A stretch of DNA of 50,327 nt, taken from NCBI GenBank assembly GCA_032128375.1, contig JAQBGU010000114.1, forward strand, positions 1-50,327, in the 5' to 3' direction. Source of the DNA: Deltaproteobacteria bacterium. GTDB taxonomy: Bacteria; Myxococcota_A; UBA9160; SMWR01. The notes beneath the pieces are model-generated. The model worked only from the letters and a program-made list of their open reading frames with translations. It was not told the origin of the DNA and did not search any database. Positions 37,762-48,189 of the stretch are shown here, piece after piece. Made by a program: the position numbers and the translations under genes. The first letter of the stretch is position 1. Every line of letters starts with the position of its first letter.

Positions 37762-38943
37762 TCAGCTCTTGTTTGCGATCGAGCTGACATCGATTACTTC
37801 CGAAGCGAATTCCCTGACGAACCAGCCCTTGAGTTCGTCGATCTTCGAAGCGTCGGCTCGGGTCTTCGGATCGAAAAATGCAATCGCCTCGAGCGATGAG
37901 TTCGGACACAGCACGCCGGGGTCCAGCGACAGCGCTTCCGCCTTTTCGACCCGCCAGGTCTTCAGCGCGGCCAGCCGACGATCCCCCTGTCGATCCAGCC
38001 GGCGTCGTCCGGTCCGGGCGGCGATCTTCGGGATGGGACCATGCTCGGTCTTCTTCCCGGCACGGACGGCGGCCATCAAATCTGATCCCATTCGCCTTTG
38101 GATCAGATCCGTGATCCCCTTGATCTGCCCCAGGTCGTCCCGTTTATCCGGAGCGCGCTCCGCTATTTCGAGCAGAGTGCGATTGCCCAGCACCTTGAAT
38201 GCGGGGCGGTCCATTTCACGCGCGCGCCCATCGCGCATCTCGTACAGCTCCTTGAGAATCGACAAACCCTGCTTGGACAGCTTTCGGGCTCCTTTGATTT
38301 TCAAATAGCCCAACTCGTCGAATTCACGATCTGGCCATCGTCGCCCGCATAGCGCCGCAAATTCCTCCTGGGCCCACTTGATTCGCTTGGCAGCCTTGAG
38401 CTCCTTGGTGAGGATCTCGTGCAACTCCATCAGATAAAGCACGTCCGATGCGGCATAGCTGAGTTGCTTGGCAGACAGCGGACGCGCCGACCAGTCCGAC
38501 CGCTGCTGCTCTTTGGGAAGATGCACACCAAAGTGTCGTTCGGCGATCGAAGCAAGGCCTACCGACGGGTAGCCGAGCAACTGTGCGCTGATCATCGTGT
38601 CGAAGACGTTCTGGAATTCGAACGCGCAGTCGCGCTTGAGCACGAAGATGTCGTATTCGGCGGCGTGAAAGATGATGCGGATGTCCGGCGAAGCGAAGAT
38701 GGGCGCGAGGGGAGAGAGCTCTTTTGGTCCGCCGATTGCCAGCGGGTCGATGAGATAAATCTGCTGGCGGGTCGCGACCTGAATGAGACAGGTCTTATCG
38801 AAGTAGTGATAGAAGCTGTCCGCTTCAGTGTCGAAGGCGAGCACATTCTCGCTCATGAGTTCCTGGGCAAGGGAATCCAGACCAGCCCGTGTCTCGATGA
38901 ACTCGAAGTCAGCCAATCGCGGCCCCAATGCGGGTGTCTTCAA
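37762..38943 (-). CDS. rnd: Ribonuclease D (DEDDy exonuclease + HRDC domains)
   Basis: AFDTEAD, CLIQVA, FHAAEYD, FDTM, SDWSARPL..YAASDV, two HRDC-like segments. Confidence 0.92.
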   Translation of the reverse strand: MKTPALGPRLADFEFIETRAGLDSLAQELMSENVLAFDTEADSFYHYFDKTCLIQVATRQQIYLIDPLAIGGPKELSPLAPIFASPDIRIIFHAAEYDIFVLKRDCAFEFQNVFDTMISAQLLGYPSVGLASIAERHFGVHLPKEQQRSDWSARPLSAKQLSYAASDVLYLMELHEILTKELKAAKRIKWAQEEFAALCGRRWPDREFDELGYLKIKGARKLSKQGLSILKELYEMRDGRAREMDRPAFKVLGNRTLLEIAERAPDKRDDLGQIKGITDLIQRRMGSDLMAAVRAGKKTEHGPIPKIAARTGRRRLDRQGDRRLAALKTWRVEKAEALSLDPGVLCPNSSLEAIAFFDPKTRADASKIDELKGWFVREFASEVIDVSSIANKS

Positions 38944-39110
38944 TTAAATTGCCGCCCGAACTGCGAAACCCGCCGTCCAGAATGAATCATTGATTTTGGG
39001 GGGGCATACGCACCGATGAGGGATTGCGCGGCGCGAACGGGGCGATGCTAGCCGAGTGCGACCCGCCTGGAAAGACGGGGGACCGCCGCACAGATCCCTA
39101 TACTGCGCCG

Positions 39111-40274
39111 ATGCTTCGAGCCGGAGTCGGAATTTCATTGGATCCCGATGGTAAGCGAGCCATCGAGGCCGCGTCAGCGGATGCGTTGGTGGGGTGCCTG
39201 GGCCAGCGTGTGGATCTGGCGCTCGTGTTCGTCACGCCGGCATACCCCGATTCACCCAAAGCGCTCCTGGATGGGGCCTATAGCGTGTTGGGGACGAAGT
39301 CGATTGTCGGTTCGTCGGCACACGGCGTGTTCGGGGCCGGGAGTGAGTGTGAGGGGGCTGCATCGGTCGCGGTGATGGCGCTGTGTGGGATCGACGTATT
39401 GCCATTCTGTGTGCCGGACCTGAGAGGCGAGGAGGCCAGCGCAGGTAGGGAAATCGCTTCGCGTTTGGGTGGGGAGCCGAGATCAGAGGACCTGGTCATC
39501 GTACTTCCAGACCCGCACCTCGATACGTCCGCGTTGGTAGCCGGCATGCGCCAATCGCTGGGTCCCGCTCGAGTGGTCGGGGCTGGCTCGGCCGATCCGC
39601 TGTCGAGTACCGCTGCCCAGTGGTGTGGAAACGATATCGAGACTGGCGCGGTCGTAGGTGCAGTTCTCAGAGGGAATACACCAGCGCGCGTCGGTGTTAC
39701 CCAGGCGTGCAGACCGGCCTCCGGTCTGAAGACTGTTACCCGGGTCCAGGGCAATTGGATTCTCGAACTCGACGGTCGTCCGGCCCTTGACGCATACCGC
39801 AGCGCGGCGCTCGGCCCGCTGGCGGACGACCTGGCGCGAGCGGCCGCTTTCGTGTTGGTGGGGATGCCGCGCGAACCGTCCGAGACGCTGCGGCCAGGCA
39901 GTTACCTCGTGCGGCACGTAGTGGGCTTTTCTATCGAGAACCGCGCATTCGCCGTGCCCGAGCTCTTGTCTCGCGGCGACCAGGTCGCATTCATGCTCCG
40001 CGAGCCAGACTCGGCACGTGCAGATCTCAAAGAGATGCTGAGCGGGCTCGTGGGCGGATCCCCCGGTCTCGGCCTGTATTTCAACTGCTGTGCGCGCGGC
40101 GCTGGTTTCTTCGGTGTTGCTGGCCTCGAATCGGCGTATCTCGAAAACGCCTTCGGTTCCCTGCCGATCGTTGGCATGTTCGGCTCGTGTGAAATCGGTC
40201 CGATCGGCGCCCCGCGGAGCGGCGCGACGGAGCTTCTCACCTATACCGCTGTGCTTGCGCTGCTCGACGCCTGA
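39111..40274 (+). CDS. FIST domain protein
   Basis: GVTQACRP, ILELDGRPA, YFNCCARG, GMFGSCEIGP, TYTAVL. Confidence 0.88.
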   Translation: MLRAGVGISLDPDGKRAIEAASADALVGCLGQRVDLALVFVTPAYPDSPKALLDGAYSVLGTKSIVGSSAHGVFGAGSECEGAASVAVMALCGIDVLPFCVPDLRGEEASAGREIASRLGGEPRSEDLVIVLPDPHLDTSALVAGMRQSLGPARVVGAGSADPLSSTAAQWCGNDIETGAVVGAVLRGNTPARVGVTQACRPASGLKTVTRVQGNWILELDGRPALDAYRSAALGPLADDLARAAAFVLVGMPREPSETLRPGSYLVRHVVGFSIENRAFAVPELLSRGDQVAFMLREPDSARADLKEMLSGLVGGSPGLGLYFNCCARGAGFFGVAGLESAYLENAFGSLPIVGMFGSCEIGPIGAPRSGATELLTYTAVLALLDA

Positions 40275-40370
40275 ACCCCCGCCCACAGCCGTCGCTCGTT
40301 CCGCCTCCCTCGAAGCACAAACGCACTGGCAGCTCGAATCGCGTTCGTTACAATGTTCCGTTAAGTGGGA

Positions 40371-40395
40371 TTGTGTTCCATATAATGGAACACAA
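40371..40395. promoter_or_regulatory. Palindromic operator overlapping TATAAT (probable IclR autoregulation)
   Basis: TTGTGTTCCAT-ATA-ATGGAACACAA, perfect 11-bp arms; TATAAT at 40381-40386. Confidence 0.78.
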
Positions 40396-40427
40396 GTCGA
40401 TCGGCGGCAGAGCCGGGAGCGGAGCCA

Positions 40428-41195
40428 TTGGAAGCACTCAGCACAGTCGAAAAGGCGATCGATGTCTTGTTCCATCTACACGGTGAGACCGCCGCGCTGG
40501 GCGTCACGTCGATTGCCCGATCGCTGGGCATGCCCAAGTCGAGCGCGCACCGATTGCTCTCGGCACTGAGTCGCCGCGAGTTGGTCGAAAAGGACGCATC
40601 CGGGCGATACCGACCGGGAATCGGGCTGGTCGCTCTCGGACTGGGGGCACTCGATCGGGAGCCTGTCGTTGCGGCCGCGCGACCCGTGCTGGAATCCGAA
40701 GCCGACGTGCTCGGCGAGACGGTGTTCCTGGTCGCCGCGAGAGCGGGACGGCTGGTTGTACTCGACAAGGCAGAGGGTTCCGCCTTTCTGCGCGCATCGC
40801 CTCGCGTGGGATCGTCTGTTCCGGTTCACGCCACAGCCGTTGGCAAGCTTTACCTCGCGTTCGGATCTGGGGAGGTCGAGCTGGATGATGGTGATTTGGA
40901 GCAGTTCTGCGACGCGACTCTGATCGATCGCAGCCGCATTGAGCGCGAAGTCGCTCGGGTCGCCGCGGCTGGCTATGCGAGCAATACCGAGGAGTGGATA
41001 GGCGGATTGTCAGTCGTGGCAGCACCCGTTCGCGTTTCGTTCGGAGGCGCCCAGGCACCGACCCGTATGGAGGCCGCGCTGGCGTTCGCGGCAACTACGG
41101 TTCGCATGCAGGCACTCGGGGTACAGCAAGTCGCCCTTCGGGCGATCGATGCCGCGGCGCGGATTCGCGCGCGGCTGGAAGGAGCGCAGCGATGA
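40428..41195 (+). CDS. IclR-family transcriptional regulator
   Basis: STVEKAIDVL..LGMPKSSAHRLL HTH; HATAVGK; VAAPV. Confidence 0.93.
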   Translation: MEALSTVEKAIDVLFHLHGETAALGVTSIARSLGMPKSSAHRLLSALSRRELVEKDASGRYRPGIGLVALGLGALDREPVVAAARPVLESEADVLGETVFLVAARAGRLVVLDKAEGSAFLRASPRVGSSVPVHATAVGKLYLAFGSGEVELDDGDLEQFCDATLIDRSRIEREVARVAAAGYASNTEEWIGGLSVVAAPVRVSFGGAQAPTRMEAALAFAATTVRMQALGVQQVALRAIDAAARIRARLEGAQR

Positions 41196-42061
41196 GAGTC
41201 TGGATCGATGGTCGCGTAGTGGACGGCGCCGTTGCGACCATCCCTGTCACCGATCACGGGTTGCTGTATGGCGACGGAATTTTCGAGGGCATCCGCGTGT
41301 ACGGCCGCCGCGTGTTCCGACTCGAAGCCCACATGGCTCGCTTCAATGCCTCGGCGAAGGCATTGGCTCTCGAGCTGCCGGGTGGCATCCGAGCGACGCG
41401 ACAGATCGTACTCGATACCGCGCGAGATTTCGGAGCCGACGAGGCCTATATCCGACTCATCGCGACCCGCGGCGATGGGCCCTTGGGAATCGATCCGACC
41501 ACCTGTCCCAAGCCCCGCCTGCTTTGCATCATCGATCGGATCGCCGTCTACCCAGAAGAAAAACAGCGAACCGGCGTGGACTTGGTGACATCGAGCCTGC
41601 GGCGGCCCGCACCGGACGTGCTCGACCCGAGGGTCAAGAGCCTGAACTACCTGAACAATGCGCTCGCCAAACTCGAAGCGAAGCAACACGGTGCGGACGA
41701 TGCGCTGCTTCTCAACTCCGCGGGAATGATCGCTGAGGCTGCGGTCGCAAACGTGTTCGTCGTGCGCGCCGGCGAACTACTGACGCCACCGGCGACAGAC
41801 GGCGCGCTCGAGGGTATTACTCGCGCGACGCTGATGGAACTGGCCGCGTCCCTCGGCTATTGCGTGCGGGAGAAGACGATCGGGCGCTTCGACCTGTTCT
41901 GTGCCGACGAGGCGTTTCTGAGCGGAAGCGGTGCTGGGGTCGTGCCCATCCGCTCGCTCGATGGGCGCCTCATAGGAGATGGAAGTCCCGGGGCCATCTA
42001 CGAAAAACTCCGGAGCGCATTCCTCGCGGCGGCGCCAGCGATGGGAACGGCTTTCGAATAG
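41192..42061 (+). CDS. ilvE: Branched-chain amino acid aminotransferase (class IV)
   Basis: DHGLLYGDGIFEGIR, KSLNYLNN, LEGITR, DEAFLSG; ATGA-coupled to IclR. Confidence 0.9.
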   Translation: MRVWIDGRVVDGAVATIPVTDHGLLYGDGIFEGIRVYGRRVFRLEAHMARFNASAKALALELPGGIRATRQIVLDTARDFGADEAYIRLIATRGDGPLGIDPTTCPKPRLLCIIDRIAVYPEEKQRTGVDLVTSSLRRPAPDVLDPRVKSLNYLNNALAKLEAKQHGADDALLLNSAGMIAEAAVANVFVVRAGELLTPPATDGALEGITRATLMELAASLGYCVREKTIGRFDLFCADEAFLSGSGAGVVPIRSLDGRLIGDGSPGAIYEKLRSAFLAAAPAMGTAFE

Positions 42062-42293
42062 CTGGCGAATCCTGCGTTGAGCCAAGAACGGTCCACTCGG
42101 GCGACCCGCGAGAGGGGTCGGGTTTCCGGTTCGACACAGGGGCCAGGCTCTTCGCCCGAGACCAGACTCGCCGGCCTTCTCGCCGACCAAAGAATAGTCG
42201 GGCCGATCGAGGCTCGAGTTCCTAGCGCGTGCCCCGGGGTGTCCGTTAGGCTCACCTGTTCAGTGGTTTTTCTTACGTCGAGAGGTGGAGCGA

Positions 42294-44024
42294 GTGCGTT
42301 GGTCCCAAGTCTTCATTCCGACCTTGCGCGACGATCCCGCGGACGCGGAGGCAATCAGCCACAAGTTGTTGGTGCGCGGCGGGTTCGTTCGCCAGCTGAT
42401 GAGTGGTGTCTATTCGTTGCTTCCGCTCGGCCTGAAGGTGTGTCAAAAAATTCAAAACATCGCGCGCGCGGAGATGAACGGGATCGGTGCACAGGAATTC
42501 TTGCTTCCGTCCATACACCCAGCCGAAGTATGGAAGCGCAGCGGGCGTTGGGAGTCAGTTGGTGAAGAGATGTTCCGGTTCCAGGACCGCAAGGGAGCGG
42601 ATGTCGCCCTTGGAATGACCTGCGAAGAGGTGTTCGCGTCATTGGCGAGCGAACTGCGCAGCTACAAGCAGCTGCCGCAGATCTGGTACCAGATCCAGCG
42701 CAAATATCGGGACGAGCCTCGGCCGAAGTCGGGCGTGCTGCGGGTGCGCGAATTCAATATGAAGGATTCCTACTCTCTCGACATCGATTCGGAAGGACTC
42801 GATCGAGCATTCCAACGACACTTCGTAGCCTATCGACGCATCTTCGGACGCTGCGGGCTCGACGTGTTGGCGGTCGAGGCCTCTTCGGGCGTGATGGGTG
42901 GGAACGAATCGATCGAGTTCATGGTCCAAAGCGATGCCGGAGAAGATTGGGTGGCCTCGTGTGATTCATGCGGCTACGCGGCGAACGTCGAAAAGGCAAA
43001 CTCGCAGCTGGCCGCGCTAGAGGATCAACCAGGACTCGATTCCCCAGAAGCGTTCGAGACGCCCGACGTGCGAACAATCGACGATCTCGCAGCATTCGAG
43101 GCTGGCGCTCCCGCTGAGCACCAGATCAAGACTCTCGTGTACTCGCTCGACGGTGTGATCACACTGGTTCTGCTGCGCGGCGATCATCCGCTTTCCGAAC
43201 AGAAGCTGCAGGATACGACCGGGGCGGTCGATCTGCGACCCGCCAATGACGCCGAAATCAAAGCAGCACTCGGGGCAGCAGCCGGTAGCTTGGGGGCCGT
43301 CGGGGTGACAGGCCAGCGTGTACTCGCGGATCTCGCGCTGCGCGGGCGGCGAGGCATGTTGACTGGCGCCAATCGCAACGGGTTCCACCTGCGCGGAGTC
43401 CAAGTCGAGCGAGACATCCAAGTTTCGGAGTGGTTGGATTTGCGCGAAGTACAGCAGGGCGAAGCCTGCTCGCTGTGCGATGCGCCGCTTTCGGTGCGCA
43501 AGACCATCGAGGTCGCACACATCTTCAAACTGGGGACGCGCTACAGCGAAAAACTCGGCGCGAGTGTGCAAGACGAACAAGGCAAGTCGCGCGCCATCAC
43601 GATGGGCTCATACGGAATCGGGATCGAGCGCACGATGGCTGCGGTCGTCGAGAGTTGTCACGACGAGTCCGGCATCGTGTGGCCGGTATCTGTCGCGCCC
43701 TATGAGGCAGTGATCAGCGTGATCAATCCGAAGAACCCCAGTGTCAGTGATGCTGCCGGAAGGCTGTACGACGCATTGGTGGCTGAGGGGATCGAAGTCC
43801 TGCTCGACGATCGCGACGAGCGACCCGGAGTCAAATTCAAGGACGCAGAGCTGATCGGAATTCCCTATCGCGTGACGGTCGGCCCCAAGGGACTCGAAGA
43901 GGGAGTCGTCGAAATCACGCGCCGCAAGGGGGGCCAATCGCGAAACGTCGCGATCGCGAAGGCGGCAGCGACGGTTGCTGAAGCCATCTTCGAAGAGCGA
44001 TCATTCAGCCCCGGAATCGGTTAG
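42294..44024 (+). CDS. proS: Proline--tRNA ligase (bacterial type with INS editing domain)
   Basis: PTLRDDPADAE..SH, YRDEPRP..G.LR.REF.MKD.YS, MGSYGIG, DDRDERPGVKF. Confidence 0.96.
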   Translation: MRWSQVFIPTLRDDPADAEAISHKLLVRGGFVRQLMSGVYSLLPLGLKVCQKIQNIARAEMNGIGAQEFLLPSIHPAEVWKRSGRWESVGEEMFRFQDRKGADVALGMTCEEVFASLASELRSYKQLPQIWYQIQRKYRDEPRPKSGVLRVREFNMKDSYSLDIDSEGLDRAFQRHFVAYRRIFGRCGLDVLAVEASSGVMGGNESIEFMVQSDAGEDWVASCDSCGYAANVEKANSQLAALEDQPGLDSPEAFETPDVRTIDDLAAFEAGAPAEHQIKTLVYSLDGVITLVLLRGDHPLSEQKLQDTTGAVDLRPANDAEIKAALGAAAGSLGAVGVTGQRVLADLALRGRRGMLTGANRNGFHLRGVQVERDIQVSEWLDLREVQQGEACSLCDAPLSVRKTIEVAHIFKLGTRYSEKLGASVQDEQGKSRAITMGSYGIGIERTMAAVVESCHDESGIVWPVSVAPYEAVISVINPKNPSVSDAAGRLYDALVAEGIEVLLDDRDERPGVKFKDAELIGIPYRVTVGPKGLEEGVVEITRRKGGQSRNVAIAKAAATVAEAIFEERSFSPGIG

Positions 44025-44272
44025 TCGGGTTGGCGGATTGAGTTGAGTAGACACTCTTGCGTGAGCCGCCCGGGCGGGGTTGGAATACCCCATCTATGCA
44101 TGCGGCGGTGATACGCCCGGCTACGTCATCGTCATTCGGCTTGTCTCAGCAACGGCCGCGATCTTTCTGCTGATTTTGGGGCTAAGATGAGCGCGCTTCG
44201 AGTGCGGGCCGCGTTGGGCGGTGATGTCGGATCGGGGCATCTTGCGAACCTTTCAATCGAGGAGGGCGATCG

Positions 44273-44977
44273 ATGGAATTTGGCGAATTCCTGCTCCGGT
44301 GGATTCACTTTCTATCCGGAATCACTTGGATCGGGATTTTGTACTACTTCAACTTCATCCAGACGCCGTTCTTCGGTACCGATCTCGGAGGCGAGTCGAA
44401 AAGCGCGGTGACTCGCGGCTTGGTGCCGAATGCGCTGTGGTGGTTTCGCTGGGGCGCAATGTTCACGGCCGGCAGCGGGGTGTTGATCCTGCTGATGAGG
44501 TTGGGATTGGGCAACTCACTGACCGGCGGCTACATGACTCGCATCATGACCGGCGGGCTGATGGGGTTGTTGATGTGGGCCAATGTGTGGTTCATCATAT
44601 GGCCCGCCCAGCAGGTGGTGATTGCGAACGCGAACAACGTCGCCGGTGGTGGAGAGCCGGACCCGACAGCGGCCGGACGCGGGCAGCGCGCGGGACTCGC
44701 TTCGCGAACCAACACGCTGCTCTCGATTCCGATGCTGTTTTTCATGGCCGCTGCCAGCCACTACCCGTCGCTGACAGCGTCGCTGGATACCGGCGGGGGA
44801 TCGCTGATGGTCTATTGGATCGTTGCACTGATTTCGATCGGGGTGCTGGAAGCCGGAGCACTGCTCGGGCCAGGCTTGCCGACCCAGAAGCCGTTGGCAA
44901 CCGTGAGCGGAACGATCCACGCCGGCCTCGGGCTCGTAGTGGTTCTGTACGCCGCGATGTTCTTCTTACTGCATTGA
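44273..44977 (+). CDS. PuuD/urate-oxidase N-terminal family membrane protein
   Basis: LRW.H..GI.WIG.LYYFN, LWWFRWGA, M..NVW.IIWP.Q, SRTNT.LSIPMLFFM. Confidence 0.8.
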   Translation: MEFGEFLLRWIHFLSGITWIGILYYFNFIQTPFFGTDLGGESKSAVTRGLVPNALWWFRWGAMFTAGSGVLILLMRLGLGNSLTGGYMTRIMTGGLMGLLMWANVWFIIWPAQQVVIANANNVAGGGEPDPTAAGRGQRAGLASRTNTLLSIPMLFFMAAASHYPSLTASLDTGGGSLMVYWIVALISIGVLEAGALLGPGLPTQKPLATVSGTIHAGLGLVVVLYAAMFFLLH

Positions 44978-45018
44978 GTTGAACTGTCGCGAAACGGTGA
45001 CTTCTCGCCGGCCGGAGT

Positions 45019-45378
45019 TCACTTCCTCCGGCTGGCGAGGAAAGCTTCGATATCGTCGATGTTCGGCTCCAGATATTCGAATGGGGGCATTTGGCGGGTG
45101 TCTCGGGCCGGCGTGTAGCCCTCCGGGTACTCGCCGCGCAGAACCTTGGCTTCCAGCACCGAACGCGTCGCCTGGGCGATTGCTGGTCCGAGGATTCCGT
45201 CCTGATTCGGATCGGCGTTGTGACACACGACGCAGATATTGCGATAGATCAACTCGCCGCGCGCGACGGCGGGATCTTCCGACGAATCGGCCTCACCACC
45301 GCATGCCGCCACAGCCGTAAGCACCACCAGAGCCAGTATGGCCGCAATCGCGTTCTGGAATTTCTGAACCACCACCAC
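45019..45378 (-). CDS. Monoheme cytochrome c lipoprotein
   Basis: Lipobox VAAC; CVVCH; distal MPP Met ligand. Confidence 0.85.
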   Translation of the reverse strand: MVVVQKFQNAIAAILALVVLTAVAACGGEADSSEDPAVARGELIYRNICVVCHNADPNQDGILGPAIAQATRSVLEAKVLRGEYPEGYTPARDTRQMPPFEYLEPNIDDIEAFLASRRK

Positions 45379-45501
45379 TACTGCTACCTCGAAACTGTGC
45401 AGCCGAAAGCCCCTCGCTAAAGGGCGTGCAGCTTAGCTCAGCTATCACCGGGCGACGCCACGTTTCAAAACAAGACTGCGAATTCGAGTTAGCATGCATT
45501 C

Positions 45502-46038
45502 ATGCCGGATCGAAGCCTCTGGTTGACCCGTGCGAACGGGCTTACGCTGATTCGATTGATCGCGGCGCCGCTGTTGGCCATCGCAATCCACTCTGATGCA
45601 GCGACGGCGGCAATGGCAATCTTCGCGCTCGCGGTTGCGACCGACGTTGCGGACGGCATCGTGGCACGCAATTACGCTGAAGCTTCGGCACTTGGCCGAA
45701 TGATCGACCACTCCACAGACGCGATCTTCGTCAGCGTTGGCACCGCGGCGCTAGCCTGCGCAGGTGAATTGCCGGCACTGCTGCCCACACTGATCGCCGC
45801 GTCATTCGTCCAATACGCGCTCAGTTCGCGCAGCCCACAGGCCGACGGCCCGCGACCGAGTTCGCTCGGGCGCTGGAACGGAATCGCGTACTTCGCGGTG
45901 CTCGCGGTTCCGATCGTTCGCGACGGCCTTGGACTGCCCTGGCCCGATCCTACATTCGTCACGCTGCTCGGCTGGCTGCTCGTCGTCTCGACTCTGGTGT
46001 CGATCGGAGATCGGCTGCGCTCTTCGCTTCGCCGATGA
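45502..46038 (+). CDS. CDP-alcohol phosphatidyltransferase
   Basis: N.LT..R, D..DG..AR, G...D...D motif. Confidence 0.88.
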   Translation: MPDRSLWLTRANGLTLIRLIAAPLLAIAIHSDAATAAMAIFALAVATDVADGIVARNYAEASALGRMIDHSTDAIFVSVGTAALACAGELPALLPTLIAASFVQYALSSRSPQADGPRPSSLGRWNGIAYFAVLAVPIVRDGLGLPWPDPTFVTLLGWLLVVSTLVSIGDRLRSSLRR

Positions 46039-46138
46039 TTCGGCACGTGCTTCGAATCCGATCCAGTCGAACCAGGACGAATTAGAACGAAAGCTCCGGG
46101 CCGGATCCAGCGCCAGTGATCAGACTTTCTCTCGATAT

Positions 46139-47206
46139 TCAGTGTCGCCCTTGGCCTGCCAGCAGGTCGCGATTCGCCCGCCGCAAGAACAAGAGCCCGA
46201 TGGCGGCGTTGAAGAAGATGAAGAAGTTGTGTTGAACCAGGCCGAACGCGGTCATTTCACCCGCGTTGTCCGGGAACAGTGTGACCCACAGCAAGATTGC
46301 CACGGAGCGCATTGGGCCGGGTGTCGCGGCGCCGAAGAAGATCACGGGTAGGTAACCGAGCATCTCGAGGAAGCCGACGTCCACACCGAACAGGCGTAGC
46401 GCCAATGTGTAGACCACGACGGCCGAAAGCAGAGCCGGCGAACGCATCAAGACAATGACGCCGTACTGCCACGGTGCAGCGAGGCGGAACGCGTGAAGGA
46501 TATCGCGATCGCGCAACGCGCTCGAGGGTGCGATGACTCCGCGGAAATACCCGATCCACACGATGAAGATCGCGACCGCGCCCAGCGCGATCCATGGAAT
46601 GACGTGGAACACGTCTGGGAAGTCGTCCCAGCCCAGAGAAATGCCGATCAGTGCCCAGAGCAGTAAGTAGAGGAACTCGCAGAACATGATGAACAACATG
46701 CTCGAGCCGACCTGCCAACCCGGCACGCCTTCGCGGCGATTCAAGTACATCGCCATCGCGCCCTTGCCGACCTGTTCGTTGATGATGCTCAGGATGTAAG
46801 TGCTGCCTCGAATCGGCAGAATGTCTACATAACGTACGCTGGTGTTGAACCAATTGACGACGCGCCACACGACAAGTGAATCGATCAGGAAGAACAGCGC
46901 GGAATACGGAACCATCAGCGCGAGCCACTTCCCCCAGCTGACTTTCGCGAATACTGCGATCAGGAATGTCGCAGCAGTCTGGTTCTGACGGGCGGCCTGC
47001 GCATCGATGCGGCTGTACAGGTAGGCGAAGCAAGCGAGTGTGATCAGCCAGGGCAGCGCCTGCTGCCACAGCGGCGCTTTTCGGCGCTTCGCTTCCTCGG
47101 GGTTGGGGGCTTCAATCGAATCGCTCAGGCTCCAGGTGCCTCCGGTCCAACGCAGCGCCGCAGCATTTCGGGTAGCGGGGTGAGTTCGATCCCCAGGATG
47201 TCGCAT
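46139..47206 (-). CDS. Polytopic membrane protein, lysylphosphatidylglycerol-synthase TM/flippase-like
   Basis: About 8 TM helices; true start probably near 47128, overlapping the upstream stop. Confidence 0.55.
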   Translation of the reverse strand: MRHPGDRTHPATRNAAALRWTGGTWSLSDSIEAPNPEEAKRRKAPLWQQALPWLITLACFAYLYSRIDAQAARQNQTAATFLIAVFAKVSWGKWLALMVPYSALFFLIDSLVVWRVVNWFNTSVRYVDILPIRGSTYILSIINEQVGKGAMAMYLNRREGVPGWQVGSSMLFIMFCEFLYLLLWALIGISLGWDDFPDVFHVIPWIALGAVAIFIVWIGYFRGVIAPSSALRDRDILHAFRLAAPWQYGVIVLMRSPALLSAVVVYTLALRLFGVDVGFLEMLGYLPVIFFGAATPGPMRSVAILLWVTLFPDNAGEMTAFGLVQHNFFIFFNAAIGLLFLRRANRDLLAGQGRH

Positions 47207-48096
47207 GCGGGCTTCGGGTCGATGTCATCATCTTCGTTGATGACTTCGAGTGAGGCCTGGGTAAAGGGCGGATCCGACATGAGCCACTCCGCCAACCGGG
47301 TGATCCCCCGAACCAACCCCAAGGGCAACGATACCACCTTCGGCTTCTTGCCATACAGCGCCGCTGCGCGCTCGATGAACTCTCGCTGCGGGAGCGAGAC
47401 GGGACCCGCGAGGTCGAGCGTCAGGTTATCCAGATCGGAACTCGTCGGATTGCCGACGGTACCGGCGACGATCGCATCGATGAGATCGTCGGCATAGATT
47501 GGTTGGGTCCGCATCGACCCACCCCCGGGCAGCGGCAGAATTCGTGTCAACGCTTCGCCGCGGACGATGCGCGCGGTCGTGTCGCCCGGGCCGAGCACCA
47601 TCCCGACACGCAAGATCAGCGTTGGAGTCTTCGCGCGCAGTAGGATCTGCTCGGCTTGGCCCTTCGATGCGAGGCACGAGTTCGCGGAAGCGGGATCCGT
47701 TCCGAGGATGCTCAGATACACCATCCTGCGCATCCCGGCAGCATCTGCTGCGGTTGCGAGTGAGCGGCTCGATGCCTGGTGGGCATCGCCGTATCGGCTG
47801 CGGGCTCCCTCCTTCAGTATTCCCACGAGGTGGACAGCATACTTGCAGCCTCGCGCGGCACCGGTCAGTCGCGCGGTATCGGAGTAGTTCAACACGACGA
47901 TCTCGGGTGCTACCTCGAGTGACAGCTTCGAGAGCGCTGCCGCGGCAGCGTCAGATCGGACGACGGCGCGCGTCGCGACGCCGTCGCGGGCGAAGCGCTC
48001 GATCAGCCGACGACCCAGCTGGCCGTTCGCTCCAGTCACCAGAACCGGACCCTCGGCAGTGCCCCCTTCTGTCTGAAATTCGTCGCTCATCATCAC
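47125..48096 (-). CDS. NAD(P)-binding SDR/epimerase-like protein (NDUFA9-like)
   Basis: VLVTGANGQLG, VHLVGI, SK..AE, QPIY..D. Confidence 0.85.
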   Translation of the reverse strand: MMMSDEFQTEGGTAEGPVLVTGANGQLGRRLIERFARDGVATRAVVRSDAAAAALSKLSLEVAPEIVVLNYSDTARLTGAARGCKYAVHLVGILKEGARSRYGDAHQASSRSLATAADAAGMRRMVYLSILGTDPASANSCLASKGQAEQILLRAKTPTLILRVGMVLGPGDTTARIVRGEALTRILPLPGGGSMRTQPIYADDLIDAIVAGTVGNPTSSDLDNLTLDLAGPVSLPQREFIERAAALYGKKPKVVSLPLGLVRGITRLAEWLMSDPPFTQASLEVINEDDDIDPKPACDILGIELTPLPEMLRRCVGPEAPGA

Positions 48097-48189
48097 CTAC
48101 ACACCGCCCGGGCACTCCTGCAGCTCTCGCATCGCGCGGTCGCGACTGCACGATAGCATCCCGCAAGCCGCTGCTCCGAGCGCAGGCGG

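Noticed and set aside
37519..37909. 126-aa and 128-aa ORFs over the pepP-rnd gap
   Set aside because: No RBS or motif, overlap rnd; RNA structure explains the region better
42062..42293. T-box or riboswitch before proS
   Set aside because: No T-box consensus or terminator/antiterminator visible
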